From an uncultured Synergistota bacterium (GTDB lineage: Bacteria; Synergistota; JAGHAJ01): a stretch of DNA of 64,000 nt. Both the position numbers and the translations under genes were made by a program. Location of the stretch: assembly GCA_964559865.1 (NCBI GenBank), contig CAZLJD010000021.1:57999-121998 (forward strand), written 5' to 3'. The notes beneath the pieces were generated by a model. That model was not told the origin of the DNA. It made no database searches and worked only from the letters and a program-made list of their open reading frames with translations. This document shows, one piece after another, positions 9,460-19,890 of this stretch (the first letter of the stretch is position 1; each line of letters opens with the position of its first letter).

Positions 9460-10911
9460 ATGGTTTCATATTTCGAGGAAAAGAAACTCTGTGAACTCAC
9501 CGACAACAATCTGGGAACATGTGTATTAGAGGATAAGGAAATTGTCTTTGCAAACGGCGTTTTAGCAGAAAGGCTCGGTTATTCGGTTAGTGAGCTAATA
9601 CACAAGGAAATTGGGATTTTCGTTCACCCTCAAGACAGAGAAAGACTTTACGAAGCATTACAAGTCGTATCCAGTAGCGCAGAGAGTATGTTTATCCCAC
9701 TAAGAATCCTGTCAAAAAATAGCGGCATATTCTGTATGGCACTTACACTGAACAACTTGATGTTCAGGGGAAAACCCGCCACACTGGTAAACTTTCTGGA
9801 CATAGAGACACTAAAAGAGATACAAAAAGAGGCAGAAAACGAACTATTTAAACTTCAGAAAGCCATATTTGAGGCAATACCTCATGCCATCATGGGACTG
9901 GAGAACAGAAAGGTCATATTTGCAAACAACGCCGTTTACGACATCTTTGGCTGGCATCCCGAAGAGCTAATAGGCAAAAGCATGAGACTACTCTTTCACA
10001 GCGATAGAGAGTATGAAGAAGAAGGCAAAAAGTTTTACTCGGTGCTAAAAAAGTTAAAGACCCATCGGATAGAATTCACATACAGGAGGAAAGACGGAAC
10101 AGATGTAACCTGCCTAACGAGTGTATCACGCATAGGAGATGATCCAGATAACATGAGAATAGTGGCCACTCACACAGACATAACAAGAATGAAGAAGATA
10201 CAGCATGAATGTGATGTGCTTCACGACCAACTCTGTATGTACACAGACCACCTGCACGATATGGTTGAAAGGGAACGCTCAATGATAGCACAGGAGATGC
10301 ACGACAAAATAGGGCAAACACTAACCATCTTAAAAATGAACCTATTCAAACTGAAAAAGGATATTGCTCCCCAAGAAGAAGACATCAGAAAAAGATTTGA
10401 ACTTACTCTCTCACTCGTAGACAGTACAATAAGGTCCATGCGCAACCTTGCTGCATATCTAAGGCCTATCTTGTTAGATGATCTTGGTCTCATCGCAGCA
10501 GTAGAGTGGTTACTTGAGGAGTTTCAATACGCAACAGGTTTGGATGTAGAATTAAATTACCATCCAATCTTCAAACATGTAGAATTCAGCAAGAAGTTCT
10601 CAACGAACCTTTACAGGATCCTCCAAGAAAGCCTAACAAACATAGTAAGGCACGCCAACGCCACAAAAGTTTGGGTGAAAATGCACTATAAAAGAGGTAC
10701 TGTCATGCTTACTGTAAGAGACAACGGCTGTGGTATCAACACCAAGAAGATTGACAAGTCGAGAACCTTCGGAATAATAGGCATGAAAGAAAGGGCTAAC
10801 CTACTTGGAGGAAAGCTATGGGTAAGAAATTGGCATGCATCTGCACCGGGGATAGGTGGAGCTATTGTCGTGGCCCACATTCCTATATCGAAGGAAAAGG
10901 AAAGGCAATGA
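9460..10911 (+). CDS. PAS-domain sensor histidine kinase (HisKA_3/NarX-like class)
   Basis: 483 aa, soluble with no TM segments. It has two PAS-like repeats. The phospho-acceptor region (HDKIGQTLTILKMNL) and the HATPase_c C-terminus (VRDNGCGI...GIIGMKERA) are recognisable. It is translationally coupled to the downstream regulator. Confidence 0.8.
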   Translation: MVSYFEEKKLCELTDNNLGTCVLEDKEIVFANGVLAERLGYSVSELIHKEIGIFVHPQDRERLYEALQVVSSSAESMFIPLRILSKNSGIFCMALTLNNLMFRGKPATLVNFLDIETLKEIQKEAENELFKLQKAIFEAIPHAIMGLENRKVIFANNAVYDIFGWHPEELIGKSMRLLFHSDREYEEEGKKFYSVLKKLKTHRIEFTYRRKDGTDVTCLTSVSRIGDDPDNMRIVATHTDITRMKKIQHECDVLHDQLCMYTDHLHDMVERERSMIAQEMHDKIGQTLTILKMNLFKLKKDIAPQEEDIRKRFELTLSLVDSTIRSMRNLAAYLRPILLDDLGLIAAVEWLLEEFQYATGLDVELNYHPIFKHVEFSKKFSTNLYRILQESLTNIVRHANATKVWVKMHYKRGTVMLTVRDNGCGINTKKIDKSRTFGIIGMKERANLLGGKLWVRNWHASAPGIGGAIVVAHIPISKEKERQ

Positions 10912-11540
10912 CAAAAGTCCTAATTGCAGATGATCATCCAGTTGTTAGGGTAGGTTTAAGGCAAATACTTGCAGAAGACCCTCAAATAGAAGTAACAGGT
11001 GAAGCCTCCAATTTTCAAGATGTAATCAGCTTCGTGTGGAAAAACGAGTGCGACATAGTGCTATTAGACCTCTCAATGCCTGGAATGGACGGCCTTGACG
11101 CCGTAAAAGAACTAAAACAGATGAAACCAGAACTAAAGATCTTAATCGTCAGTATATACCCAGAAGAACAGTACGCTGTCAGGGCCTTAAAAGCAGGAGC
11201 ATCCGGTTACTTGACAAAAGAGAGTGCACCGGAAGAGCTAACCAAAGCAGTCAGAAAAGTTGCAACAGGTGGTAAATACATAAGCCCAACACTTGCGGAC
11301 ATCCTTGCAACCAAGATAAGCAAAGAAAGAGAAGGACCTCTACACGAATCCTTATCTGACAGGGAATACGAGGTAATGATCATGCTCGCAAAGGGGAAAA
11401 CGCTCAAAGAGATAGCAAGAGAACTCTCCCTGAGTATCAAAACTGTAAGCACCTACAGATCACGCATCCTTAGGAAGATGGGCTTCAAAAACAATGCACA
11501 AATAACTTTGTACGCAGTAAAAAACGGCTTAATACTGTGA
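10908..11540 (+). CDS. NarL/FixJ-family response regulator (REC plus LuxR HTH)
   Basis: Start at ATG 10908, giving MTKVLIADDHPVVRVGL. The ATGA overlaps the kinase stop. The C-terminal HTH reads LSDREYEVMIMLAKGKTLKEIARELSLSIKTVSTYRSRILRKM. Confidence 0.85.
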   Translation: MTKVLIADDHPVVRVGLRQILAEDPQIEVTGEASNFQDVISFVWKNECDIVLLDLSMPGMDGLDAVKELKQMKPELKILIVSIYPEEQYAVRALKAGASGYLTKESAPEELTKAVRKVATGGKYISPTLADILATKISKEREGPLHESLSDREYEVMIMLAKGKTLKEIARELSLSIKTVSTYRSRILRKMGFKNNAQITLYAVKNGLIL

Positions 11541-11556
11541 ATATTTTCACCTCTAC

Positions 11557-11584
11557 GAATGTGTAAGATAATTCCTACACATTC
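11557..11584. promoter_or_regulatory. Perfect 9-bp inverted repeat (GAATGTGTA-N10-TACACATTC) between the response regulator and the GRE operon. Candidate operator and/or weak terminator.
   Basis: Seen directly in the sequence. TACACAT resembles NarL-type heptamer half-sites. Confidence 0.35.
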
Positions 11585-11690
11585 TGTTTAAGTCTGCCTA
11601 CAAAGTTATCAGATATGAGAGGATACCATCTTAACTTTCCCTATGCTATGCTTAAACTCGGTTGAATTTTCTAAAAAAGGAGGATTTGGC

Positions 11691-14159
11691 ATGGCAGAAT
11701 CTACGAAAATAAGAGAAAGAGAGATAAAAGGGAAACCTTCTACCGACAGGGTTGCAAAGAGGTACAAAGAGCTTCTAACAAAGGAACCACGGATAGACTC
11801 TCAAAGGGCTGTGCTGTTCACAGAGTACATGAAAGAGCACTGGAGAGAGCACAAGTACATAAGGGCAGGAGGGGCACTAAAATATGTACTATCAAACCTC
11901 ACCCCAAAAATCTGGGATGGAGAATTGCTTGTCGGGAATGTATCCAGATACTTCAAAGGGACACAGGTATATCCAGAGTACGAAACATGGATGCTGGAGG
12001 GATTCAAAAAGATAAAGAGAGAAGAAGAAAGATACATAAAGGGCACTTTACAAGAAAGAGAAGGAGACAGACTTGGCGTCTACTTAATATCCCAAGAGGA
12101 TAAGGAAAAGATACTCGAAACTGCAAGATTTTGGGAAGGAAAGGACTGGAGAACATTAGCAGAAAAATATCTGAAAGATACAAGAGATGACTTTGAAACC
12201 GTAGAAAAGTGGATGGAGCAGCTTGTCTTTCTGAGGTTTATGTTTGATGTCCCTGAAGGAAGGGTAATCGTTGACTATCAAAAAATAATAGACGAAGGCA
12301 TTGAAGGTCTTTTTAACAGAATAGATTATAAGTTATCCACACTTACAGACCTTGGAAACAGAGAAAACTTCGAAAAATACGCATTTTACAAGGGAACAAG
12401 GATGGCACTTGAGGGAATAGTAAATTATGCCAACAACTATGCAAAAGAAGCAGAGAGGCTTGCAGAAACGTGCACAGATCCAAAGAGAAAAGAAGAGCTT
12501 CTGGAAATAGCAAAAATATGCAACAAAGTCCCGCTAAAACCATCAGAAACATTCAAAGAAGCTATACAGGCATTCTGGTTTACGCAAGTGTGCCTATTCA
12601 TAGAGCTCAACGGTAGAGGCATATCTCCCGGCAGGTTCGACCAATACATGTATAGAACCTTCAAGTCTGATATAGAAACCGGAAGGATAACCGAAAAAGA
12701 GGTTTTGGAATTACTCGAGCTTATGCGCATAAAATGTTCAGAGATAACGAGAGCACATGCCACATTTACGGAATCATATCTGGGCGGTAGCGTATACCAG
12801 AACTTAACAATAGGAGGAGTGGCCAAGTACGGGATACCATGCGAAAATGAGCTTTCTCTCCTCGTACTGCAAGCAGGTATAAACGTGAGAACATGGCAAC
12901 CAACTATCTCTATACGCTGGCGCGAGGATATGAGCCATGCATTCAAGATCAAAGCAGCAGAATGCATAAAAGCTGGAAGCGGATATCCTGCTTTATTCAA
13001 CGACATACTTGGAACAGAACGATTCAGGATAGTTACGGGTGCAACTCTTGAAGACGCAAGGGACTGGGCTCCATGCGGATGTGTAGATATGCAGATATGT
13101 GGAAAACGGATGCCAATGTATGCAATCCCTCACACCAACAACCTCAAAATTCTCGAACTCGTTCTGAATAAGGGAGTAAACCCAGTTACAGATGACAAAC
13201 TGATAGATGTAAAAATAGATCCAAAGAATGCAACGTTTGATGAAATTGTCGAAGAGTACAAACGCATAATGGACATAGTAGTCAAAACCGAAGAGGAGTA
13301 CTGGAACAGCATAATGGTAATCCACAACGATATAGGGCTTGTTCATCTATTCATGTCTGCTCTCCTCGATGACTGCATAGAAAAAGCCAAAGCAGCCTGC
13401 GAAGGAGGTTGCAGGTACAATGACCCAGCCTATGTAATTACATGTGGTATGGTAAATGTAGCAAACAGTCTTGCAGCTATAAAGAAGTGTATATTCGAAG
13501 AAAAATCCATGACAATGGAAGAACTACTTCAAGCACTCAAAGACAACTTCAAAGGACACGAGCTATTGAGGAAAAAGTTACTTGAAGCACCTAAGTATGG
13601 AAACGACGACGATTATGTGGACAAAATTCTTGCAGAGCTGTATGAAGCATGGTCCAAATCGGCACAGAAAACAAAGAACTGGGTGGGCGAACCGTGGAGG
13701 CCAAGCACACTATCGGTAACAACGCAGGTGTTACACGGAAAGGCATGTGGAGCTACACCTGATGGTAGGTTAGCAGGAGACTATCTCGCAGATGGTGCAA
13801 TATCTGCATTCCCGGGAACGGATTTGAATGGCCCAACGAGTCTCATAAAGTCAGCTACTAAGGTAGACGCAAGCGATCTACAGGCCACCCTCTTCAACAT
13901 GAAATTCAACCCTGCAGCAATAGAAGGACCTGTAGGGACAGAAAAGTTCATCAAGCTAAACGATGTATATATCAAACTCGGGGGGTACCACATTCAACAC
14001 AACATAGTTGACAGAAACATGCTCATAGACGCACAGAAACACCCAGAAAGGTATCCGGATCTCATGGTAAGAGTTGCTGGATTTACCGCAAGATTTATAG
14101 ACTTAGGCCCAGATGTTCAAAGACAGATAATAGAGAGGACCGAATACGAAGGACTCTAA
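11691..14159 (+). CDS. Glycyl radical enzyme, PFL2/glycerol-dehydratase-like family. Substrate unknown.
   Basis: 822 aa from ATG 11691 (AAGGAGGA SD). N-terminus is typical of PFL2-type GREs. The C-terminal glycyl radical motif is RVAGFTARFIDLGPDVQRQIIERTEY. No adjacent CC pair of PFL proper is present; there is a single catalytic-type Cys loop (WAPCGCVDMQICG). Confidence 0.85.
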   Translation: MAESTKIREREIKGKPSTDRVAKRYKELLTKEPRIDSQRAVLFTEYMKEHWREHKYIRAGGALKYVLSNLTPKIWDGELLVGNVSRYFKGTQVYPEYETWMLEGFKKIKREEERYIKGTLQEREGDRLGVYLISQEDKEKILETARFWEGKDWRTLAEKYLKDTRDDFETVEKWMEQLVFLRFMFDVPEGRVIVDYQKIIDEGIEGLFNRIDYKLSTLTDLGNRENFEKYAFYKGTRMALEGIVNYANNYAKEAERLAETCTDPKRKEELLEIAKICNKVPLKPSETFKEAIQAFWFTQVCLFIELNGRGISPGRFDQYMYRTFKSDIETGRITEKEVLELLELMRIKCSEITRAHATFTESYLGGSVYQNLTIGGVAKYGIPCENELSLLVLQAGINVRTWQPTISIRWREDMSHAFKIKAAECIKAGSGYPALFNDILGTERFRIVTGATLEDARDWAPCGCVDMQICGKRMPMYAIPHTNNLKILELVLNKGVNPVTDDKLIDVKIDPKNATFDEIVEEYKRIMDIVVKTEEEYWNSIMVIHNDIGLVHLFMSALLDDCIEKAKAACEGGCRYNDPAYVITCGMVNVANSLAAIKKCIFEEKSMTMEELLQALKDNFKGHELLRKKLLEAPKYGNDDDYVDKILAELYEAWSKSAQKTKNWVGEPWRPSTLSVTTQVLHGKACGATPDGRLAGDYLADGAISAFPGTDLNGPTSLIKSATKVDASDLQATLFNMKFNPAAIEGPVGTEKFIKLNDVYIKLGGYHIQHNIVDRNMLIDAQKHPERYPDLMVRVAGFTARFIDLGPDVQRQIIERTEYEGL

Positions 14160-14234
14160 AGTGGAAGGGGGTGGAAGCAAAAAAAGAGACAACAATAAAT
14201 CACACTAAAAACATTAAAGAAAGGAGGAAAAAGT

Positions 14235-14774
14235 ATGTCAGAAAATGGAAACGGGAGAAAGGTCATAGTGATCGACCCTGAAAGGTGCACAGGGTGTCAC
14301 GGTTGTGAAATGGCATGTTCCATGAAACACTTCAATCTATGCGGAACTGCTTATTCAAGGATAAGAATCCACGAGTTTAGGGATATTAACACGTTTATAC
14401 CCGTAATGTGTCAAGGATGCGAGGATGCCCCATGCATAAAGGTGTGTCCAATGAATGCCAGAATAAGGATCGAAAATGGTGCAGTAGTTACTGATGAGGA
14501 CAAGTGCATAGGCTGTAGAGCATGTATATACGCCTGTCCATTCGGCGCTCCTCAGATCAATCCCGAAAACGGGAAAACAATGACATGCGATCTCTGTGAA
14601 GACGATCCCCTCGGTCCCTGGTGCGTAAGAGCCTGCACCATGCAGGGAGCACTCAAATTTGTAGATGAAAAGGATGCAGCAAGAGCCAAAGGTAGAGAAT
14701 GGGCCAAGACCATAAAAGAAGATGTTGCACCTCCTGTCAAGGAGGAAGAAGAGTTTGGCTTTAGCTTTGGCTAA
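14235..14774 (+). CDS. Polyferredoxin electron-transfer subunit (AorA-like, multiple [4Fe-4S] clusters)
   Basis: 179 aa with four CxxCxxCxxxCP-type motifs. Lies immediately upstream of the AOR gene. Confidence 0.8.
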   Translation: MSENGNGRKVIVIDPERCTGCHGCEMACSMKHFNLCGTAYSRIRIHEFRDINTFIPVMCQGCEDAPCIKVCPMNARIRIENGAVVTDEDKCIGCRACIYACPFGAPQINPENGKTMTCDLCEDDPLGPWCVRACTMQGALKFVDEKDAARAKGREWAKTIKEDVAPPVKEEEEFGFSFG

Positions 14775-14821
14775 ACAGATTATACCTAAATCAGTCTATT
14801 CAAGAAAGGAGGAAAGAAAAC

Positions 14822-16825
14822 ATGAAAGTTGACGGATGGACAGGGTTCAGGGTAAGAGTAGACCTGACAAATAGAAAATACGAAGTAGAACCTTTATCAA
14901 TAGACTATTACAGAAAGTGGATGGGAGGCAGGGGGATAAACTCCGATGTCTTGTACCATGAAACTTACAGGGGCATGGATCCATTTTCACCAGATAATCC
15001 TCTATGCTTCGCTGCAGGACCTCTATCCGGCACATTTGCTCCCCTATCCGGAAGGACAACCGTATCAGCACGCTCCCCGATGACATGTTCTCCAACCCTG
15101 GGCACAAATGTGCACGGACACGGTGATTCAAACATGGGTGGAGCATTCGGACCCATGATGAGGTATGCCGGATTCGATCAGATCATAGTCAAAGGAAAAG
15201 CCGATAAACCGGTGTATCTGTTTATACACGACGGTAAGGTAGAATTCAAAGATGCCTCTCACCTGTGGGGGCTCGGAGTCGTAAAAGCCACGAAAAGGAT
15301 CCTTGAAGAGCTGCACGATCCAGATATAAAGGTTACCATTATTGGACCAGCAGGTGAAAATCTTGTGAGGTTTGCCTGTGTAACGAGTTCCTATGGTTCC
15401 ACTGCAGGAAGGACGGGAATGGGCGCAGTGATGGGATCGAAAAACCTTAAAGCGATAGCCGTCAAAGGGACAAGACCCATAACGATAGCAAGACCAAAGG
15501 AGTTTGCCGAAGCGTGTTGGAAACTTAGAGAAAAAATACATAATTCCCCATCTGCCATAAGGCGTATGATAGAAGGTTCAATGGACCTATTTGATGCCGG
15601 CAATGCCATAGGTATAAATGCACACAAAAACTGTTCTACAGGCTACATGGAAGGTATAGAAGAGATATACGGCGGTCTAAAGTGGGCAAAAGAGTACCTT
15701 TTCAGAAGGAAGGCATGTTGGTCGTGCCCAGTGGCATGTGGTAGAACCACATATATAAGGGAAGGAAAGTGGGCAGGGACATTCTGTCTGGGCCCAGAGA
15801 TGGAAACCGTTTGTAACCTTGGTCCAAGAATTGACTCCCGTGATGTCGCAGGTGTAAATGCTCTTGCCTGCTTCGTGTCCGAACTCGGTATGGACAGTAT
15901 TTCAGCCGGAGCAGCACTTTCATGGACTATGGAAGCCTTCGAAAAAGGTTACATAACGGAAAAAGACACTGGAGGCATAAGACTTGAGTGGGGAGACATA
16001 GAAACATCTATGAAAGTTCTAAAAATGATCGCATACAGAGAGGGCTTTGGGGACCTGTTGGCAGAGGGAAATATAAGAGTTGCTGAAAAGCTAAACCGCG
16101 GTATGGACATAGTCCCACATTGTAGAGGTCTTGAGCACATAAGCGTTGACCCGAGAATAGCAATGGGATTCAGCCTTGGCTATGCAATGTCAACAAGAGG
16201 TTCTGACCACCTGAAAAACTACTCCTGTCTGGAGTTCCCCGGCGCTGCAAGGAGCAGAGCAGATCAAGTGGAAGAAGCCCTTGGTCCAGAGCTCGCAAAG
16301 AAGTTCTGGGAGGACTTCCCGAAAGAGATGACAGAATTAGATACAAAACCAGCCCTATGTACATGGTCTGAAAGAAACAAGTGCGTTGCAGATCTCGTAG
16401 GTACATGCTGTCAGGCTATAGGTTCTTGGGGTGGTGCTGGAGATTGGAAAGTATATGCAGAACTGTTCAAACTCGCCACCGGACAAGACATGAGCGACGA
16501 TGAAATATTCAAGGTAGCTGAACGCGTAATTGCGATAGAGAGAGCTGAGTGGCTCAGAGAAGGCAGTGCAAGACAAGACGACACCCATACTGACAGATAC
16601 TTTGACGAACCTGTTCAGGGTGGGCCACACAACGGACTAAAAATAGATAGAAAGAAATGGGCATGGGCACAGAGCGAATACTACAGACTGCATGGATGGG
16701 ACAATGATGGCTTCATAACACCCGAAAAAGCAAAGGAACTCGGCATAGAGGAAATTATACCTGACATGGAAGAAGGCAAAAAAATATACATGGAATACAT
16801 GAAAAAACAAGCAGAGAAATCCTAA
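14822..16825 (+). CDS. Tungsten-containing aldehyde:ferredoxin oxidoreductase family catalytic subunit (AorB-like)
   Basis: 667 aa. The N-terminal MKVDGWTGFRVRVDLTNRKYEVEPLSIDYYRKWMGGRGINSDVLY matches the AOR_N domain. Central and C-terminal AOR domains are present. Confidence 0.85.
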   Translation: MKVDGWTGFRVRVDLTNRKYEVEPLSIDYYRKWMGGRGINSDVLYHETYRGMDPFSPDNPLCFAAGPLSGTFAPLSGRTTVSARSPMTCSPTLGTNVHGHGDSNMGGAFGPMMRYAGFDQIIVKGKADKPVYLFIHDGKVEFKDASHLWGLGVVKATKRILEELHDPDIKVTIIGPAGENLVRFACVTSSYGSTAGRTGMGAVMGSKNLKAIAVKGTRPITIARPKEFAEACWKLREKIHNSPSAIRRMIEGSMDLFDAGNAIGINAHKNCSTGYMEGIEEIYGGLKWAKEYLFRRKACWSCPVACGRTTYIREGKWAGTFCLGPEMETVCNLGPRIDSRDVAGVNALACFVSELGMDSISAGAALSWTMEAFEKGYITEKDTGGIRLEWGDIETSMKVLKMIAYREGFGDLLAEGNIRVAEKLNRGMDIVPHCRGLEHISVDPRIAMGFSLGYAMSTRGSDHLKNYSCLEFPGAARSRADQVEEALGPELAKKFWEDFPKEMTELDTKPALCTWSERNKCVADLVGTCCQAIGSWGGAGDWKVYAELFKLATGQDMSDDEIFKVAERVIAIERAEWLREGSARQDDTHTDRYFDEPVQGGPHNGLKIDRKKWAWAQSEYYRLHGWDNDGFITPEKAKELGIEEIIPDMEEGKKIYMEYMKKQAEKS

Positions 16826-16843
16826 AAGGGTTGAGGAGAAACC

Positions 16844-18154
16844 ATGAAAGTAGTCATTGTGGGAAACGGCATAGCTGGAAACGAGGTTGCTTATAACATC
16901 AGGAGTAAGGGCAAAGATACCGAAATAGTAATAATATCTGCAGAGGGAAGTCCTGAGTATGATCCCTGTTCACTCCCCTACTTCGTCTCTGGTGATGTAA
17001 AGAAAGAGGCCGTGTTTAGAAAGAAGATGGAAGATTATCAAAAAGCCGGTATTCAACTCATCCTGAACGATAAAGCTATTTCCATCAATGCAGAAGCAAA
17101 GACGATAGAAACCGAAAGCGGAAGAACCATAAACTACGACAAACTCGTTCTCGCCCACGGGGGGGATCTATTCATCCCCCCTCTCCCCGGTGTAGAAAAA
17201 CAAGGCACGTTCAGTTGCAAAAAACTATCGGAAGCAGAGAGATTATTCAATCACAAAGGAAAAGCTGCAGTGGTAATTGGTTCAGGTGCAATAGGCATAG
17301 AAGTAGCCGAAGCCCTGAAAAAGAGAAACTTTGAGGTATACATCGTGGAATTACTCGAGTGGATACTCCCTACACTCTGTTGTGAACCTACAGCAAGGAG
17401 ATTGGAAGAAAAGCTCAGAGAAAACGGTATACAAGTGTACACAGGAGAAAAAGTCACCTCTATCGAGGGAAGCAACTCCGTAAACGGGGTAAAGACAGAC
17501 AAAAGGTTTATACCGTGTGACACAGTAGTTATAGCAACCGGAGTTGTCCCCGGAAAGCAGCTTGCACAGAGTGCAGGAATAGAAGTCAATCGGGGTATAA
17601 AAACCAACGAATTTATGGAAACAAACATCGACAGCATCTACGCATGCGGCGATTGTGTGGAAACATTTGACACCTGCACCGGCGAAGGCTGTGTATACCA
17701 GCTCAAGCACAACGCAATAGACCAAGCACAAATTGTAGCTGAGAACATCGCCGGCAGAAAGACAAAGTATGGTGGCGCATATGCATTCGCAAGAATACAC
17801 TTCTTCGATACACACGCCGTATCTTTTGGTAAAACACTAAGAGGAGCAACACGCATTTGCTCACTTGACGATCTCGACATTATTGAACAAAGCTACAACG
17901 GCGAGTACCTAAGACTGATTCTTAAAGATGGCAAGGTCATCGGTGGACAAGCTATAGGGGAAATTGCAAACTTCTCGGGGTTGTTTCTGTCAGCTATGCG
18001 CAGAAAAGATGATTTGAGCGAAATACGAAGAAGGTGGGAATTAATATCCAGGTTTGACTCACCGTACCCATGGAACTACAGAGAAATGGGACGCATTATG
18101 GGTCTGACATCAAACGGTTGGGAAAGTATCAATAAAATAATGACCAGTTTATAA
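16844..18154 (+). CDS. FAD/NAD(P)-binding pyridine nucleotide-disulfide oxidoreductase (AorC-like third subunit)
   Basis: 436 aa with two Rossmann motifs (VVIVGNGIAGNEVA and AVVIGSGAIGIEVAEAL). Position directly after the AOR gene matches the AorABC architecture. Confidence 0.75.
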   Translation: MKVVIVGNGIAGNEVAYNIRSKGKDTEIVIISAEGSPEYDPCSLPYFVSGDVKKEAVFRKKMEDYQKAGIQLILNDKAISINAEAKTIETESGRTINYDKLVLAHGGDLFIPPLPGVEKQGTFSCKKLSEAERLFNHKGKAAVVIGSGAIGIEVAEALKKRNFEVYIVELLEWILPTLCCEPTARRLEEKLRENGIQVYTGEKVTSIEGSNSVNGVKTDKRFIPCDTVVIATGVVPGKQLAQSAGIEVNRGIKTNEFMETNIDSIYACGDCVETFDTCTGEGCVYQLKHNAIDQAQIVAENIAGRKTKYGGAYAFARIHFFDTHAVSFGKTLRGATRICSLDDLDIIEQSYNGEYLRLILKDGKVIGGQAIGEIANFSGLFLSAMRRKDDLSEIRRRWELISRFDSPYPWNYREMGRIMGLTSNGWESINKIMTSL

Positions 18155-18178
18155 AAACGCAGAAAGGAGGTAAACAAA

Positions 18179-18784
18179 ATGTCACAAAATAACCATCCCT
18201 TTGCAAACCCAGGACCTGCAGGCCTAATGGTACTTGCATTCTACTTAGGCGCACTGTGGCCTGTGCTCACGGGAATGGCACATCACGAACTCGCATCGGT
18301 GTTAATAGCACTCGGACTAGCAGGTGGATTAGTCCAAATGACAGCAGGGATCATAGAGCTGAGAAATGGTTCAATAATGGGAGGAAATATCCTTCTCGCA
18401 TTTAGTGCATTTATGTGGCTTGGATGCATAGAATGGCTGGGGAAGATGCTTGGTTTCATCCCCCACAATACAGCAGCAGTGGACGGATGGGTCTTTACGA
18501 TCATGGGCATACTCATGTGTGGATTTACCATTGGACACTTACTCACGCCAAAGGTTATGTTCTGGTTCATGATATTTACAGATATATTCTTCCTCTCAGC
18601 AGGCATATTTTTCCTCACAGGGTCAAAACTGCTCCTTCTCATTGCTGGGTGGGTCTTACCACTCGTCGTGGTGACCATCATATGGTCAGTGCTTGGCACG
18701 GTACTCAACAGTGTATTTGGCAAAACCATTATTCCACTGGGGAAACCTTACCGCACCCCAACAAGTAAAGCAAGAAAGGAGTGA
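18179..18784 (+). CDS. satP: GPR1/FUN34/YaaH (SatP) family acetate/succinate channel
   Basis: 201 aa with six predicted TM helices and the family signature NPGPAGL near the N-terminus. Confidence 0.8.
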   Translation: MSQNNHPFANPGPAGLMVLAFYLGALWPVLTGMAHHELASVLIALGLAGGLVQMTAGIIELRNGSIMGGNILLAFSAFMWLGCIEWLGKMLGFIPHNTAAVDGWVFTIMGILMCGFTIGHLLTPKVMFWFMIFTDIFFLSAGIFFLTGSKLLLLIAGWVLPLVVVTIIWSVLGTVLNSVFGKTIIPLGKPYRTPTSKARKE

Positions 18785-18789
18785 AACTT

Positions 18790-19881
18790 ATGGGAAAAGG
18801 CATAAGTAAGGCATTGGAAGAATGGCAAAAGAAGCCATTTGGAAGAGTTATCACCGAAGAAGAGCTGAGAAAGAGATGTCATCAAGCATGGCCATATAAC
18901 TACTTCGACCCAGGCAAACCAGTTGACCCAGAAGTAGTAGATGAACTCTTAAAAGGGGTAATTGACATCCACGTGCATGGTGCACCCCTGGGAAGCTGGC
19001 TACCAGGCAGACCAACTATGGTAGAAACATCAATCGAAGCAAGTGAAGCCGGAATGAAGGCACTGGTATTCAAGGACCATAACACCATGACAAATAACTG
19101 CGCAGAAATCATACAAGAATTCCTAAACAGAATGGCAAAAGAAAAGGAAAAAGAAGGTGAAACCTTCACACCAGTGGAAGTATATGGAGGTATAGTCCTA
19201 AACTACACGGTCGGGGGGTTAAACCCAAGAGCAGTAGAAGTCGCATTGGGGTACGGAAGATGTAAAGAAGTATGGTTACCATCCTTGGACGCTATGCACC
19301 AAAAACAGGCACAGGGCGTGGAGAACTGGAAAGACTACATATGCGTGACAAAAGGATTAATAGGGGACTCCGAAGAGCCTGTGGACGAACTCAAAAAGAT
19401 ACTTGACATAATGGCAGACTACAACAATAACAATAAAGGCGATAGAGTATCGCTTTCACTATGCCATGTGTCCAACGAAGAAAAATTTGCAATACTAAAA
19501 TACATAAGGAAAAAAGGCATGAAAATAGATGCAATATTCGACCATGTAACCCAAGAAATGACCATACTTACACCTGAGGAGGCAAAAGAAGCCATAGACC
19601 TCGGCGGATACTTGGAGTTCGCTGAGTGTTCCTGTGTTCCATGGCCAGGAATGTTCGATTGGGTCATTGCTGTCAAATACTCATTCAACCTCATAAAAGA
19701 GCTGCTAAAGGAGAAAGGACCAGACCACTTAGTACTGATTACAGATGCTGGGCAGCCAGGTAACAAACCTGTTCCCGGTTGGAAGAACTTCATAAGAACC
19801 CTATTAGCTCAAGGAGTTAGTGAGCGTGAAATAGAGATAATGGCAAAAGAGGTTCCAGCAAAGCTGATATATGGAGAGTAA
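18790..19881 (+). CDS. TIM-barrel metal-dependent amidohydrolase-superfamily protein (HxH motif). Specific function unknown.
   Basis: About 363 aa from ATG 18790 (AAGGAG SD overlapping the satP stop). Motifs DIHVHGAP, later His residues and ITDAG are consistent with the amidohydrolase fold. Confidence 0.6.
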   Translation: MGKGISKALEEWQKKPFGRVITEEELRKRCHQAWPYNYFDPGKPVDPEVVDELLKGVIDIHVHGAPLGSWLPGRPTMVETSIEASEAGMKALVFKDHNTMTNNCAEIIQEFLNRMAKEKEKEGETFTPVEVYGGIVLNYTVGGLNPRAVEVALGYGRCKEVWLPSLDAMHQKQAQGVENWKDYICVTKGLIGDSEEPVDELKKILDIMADYNNNNKGDRVSLSLCHVSNEEKFAILKYIRKKGMKIDAIFDHVTQEMTILTPEEAKEAIDLGGYLEFAECSCVPWPGMFDWVIAVKYSFNLIKELLKEKGPDHLVLITDAGQPGNKPVPGWKNFIRTLLAQGVSEREIEIMAKEVPAKLIYGE

Positions 19882-19890
19882 AAACAAAAG

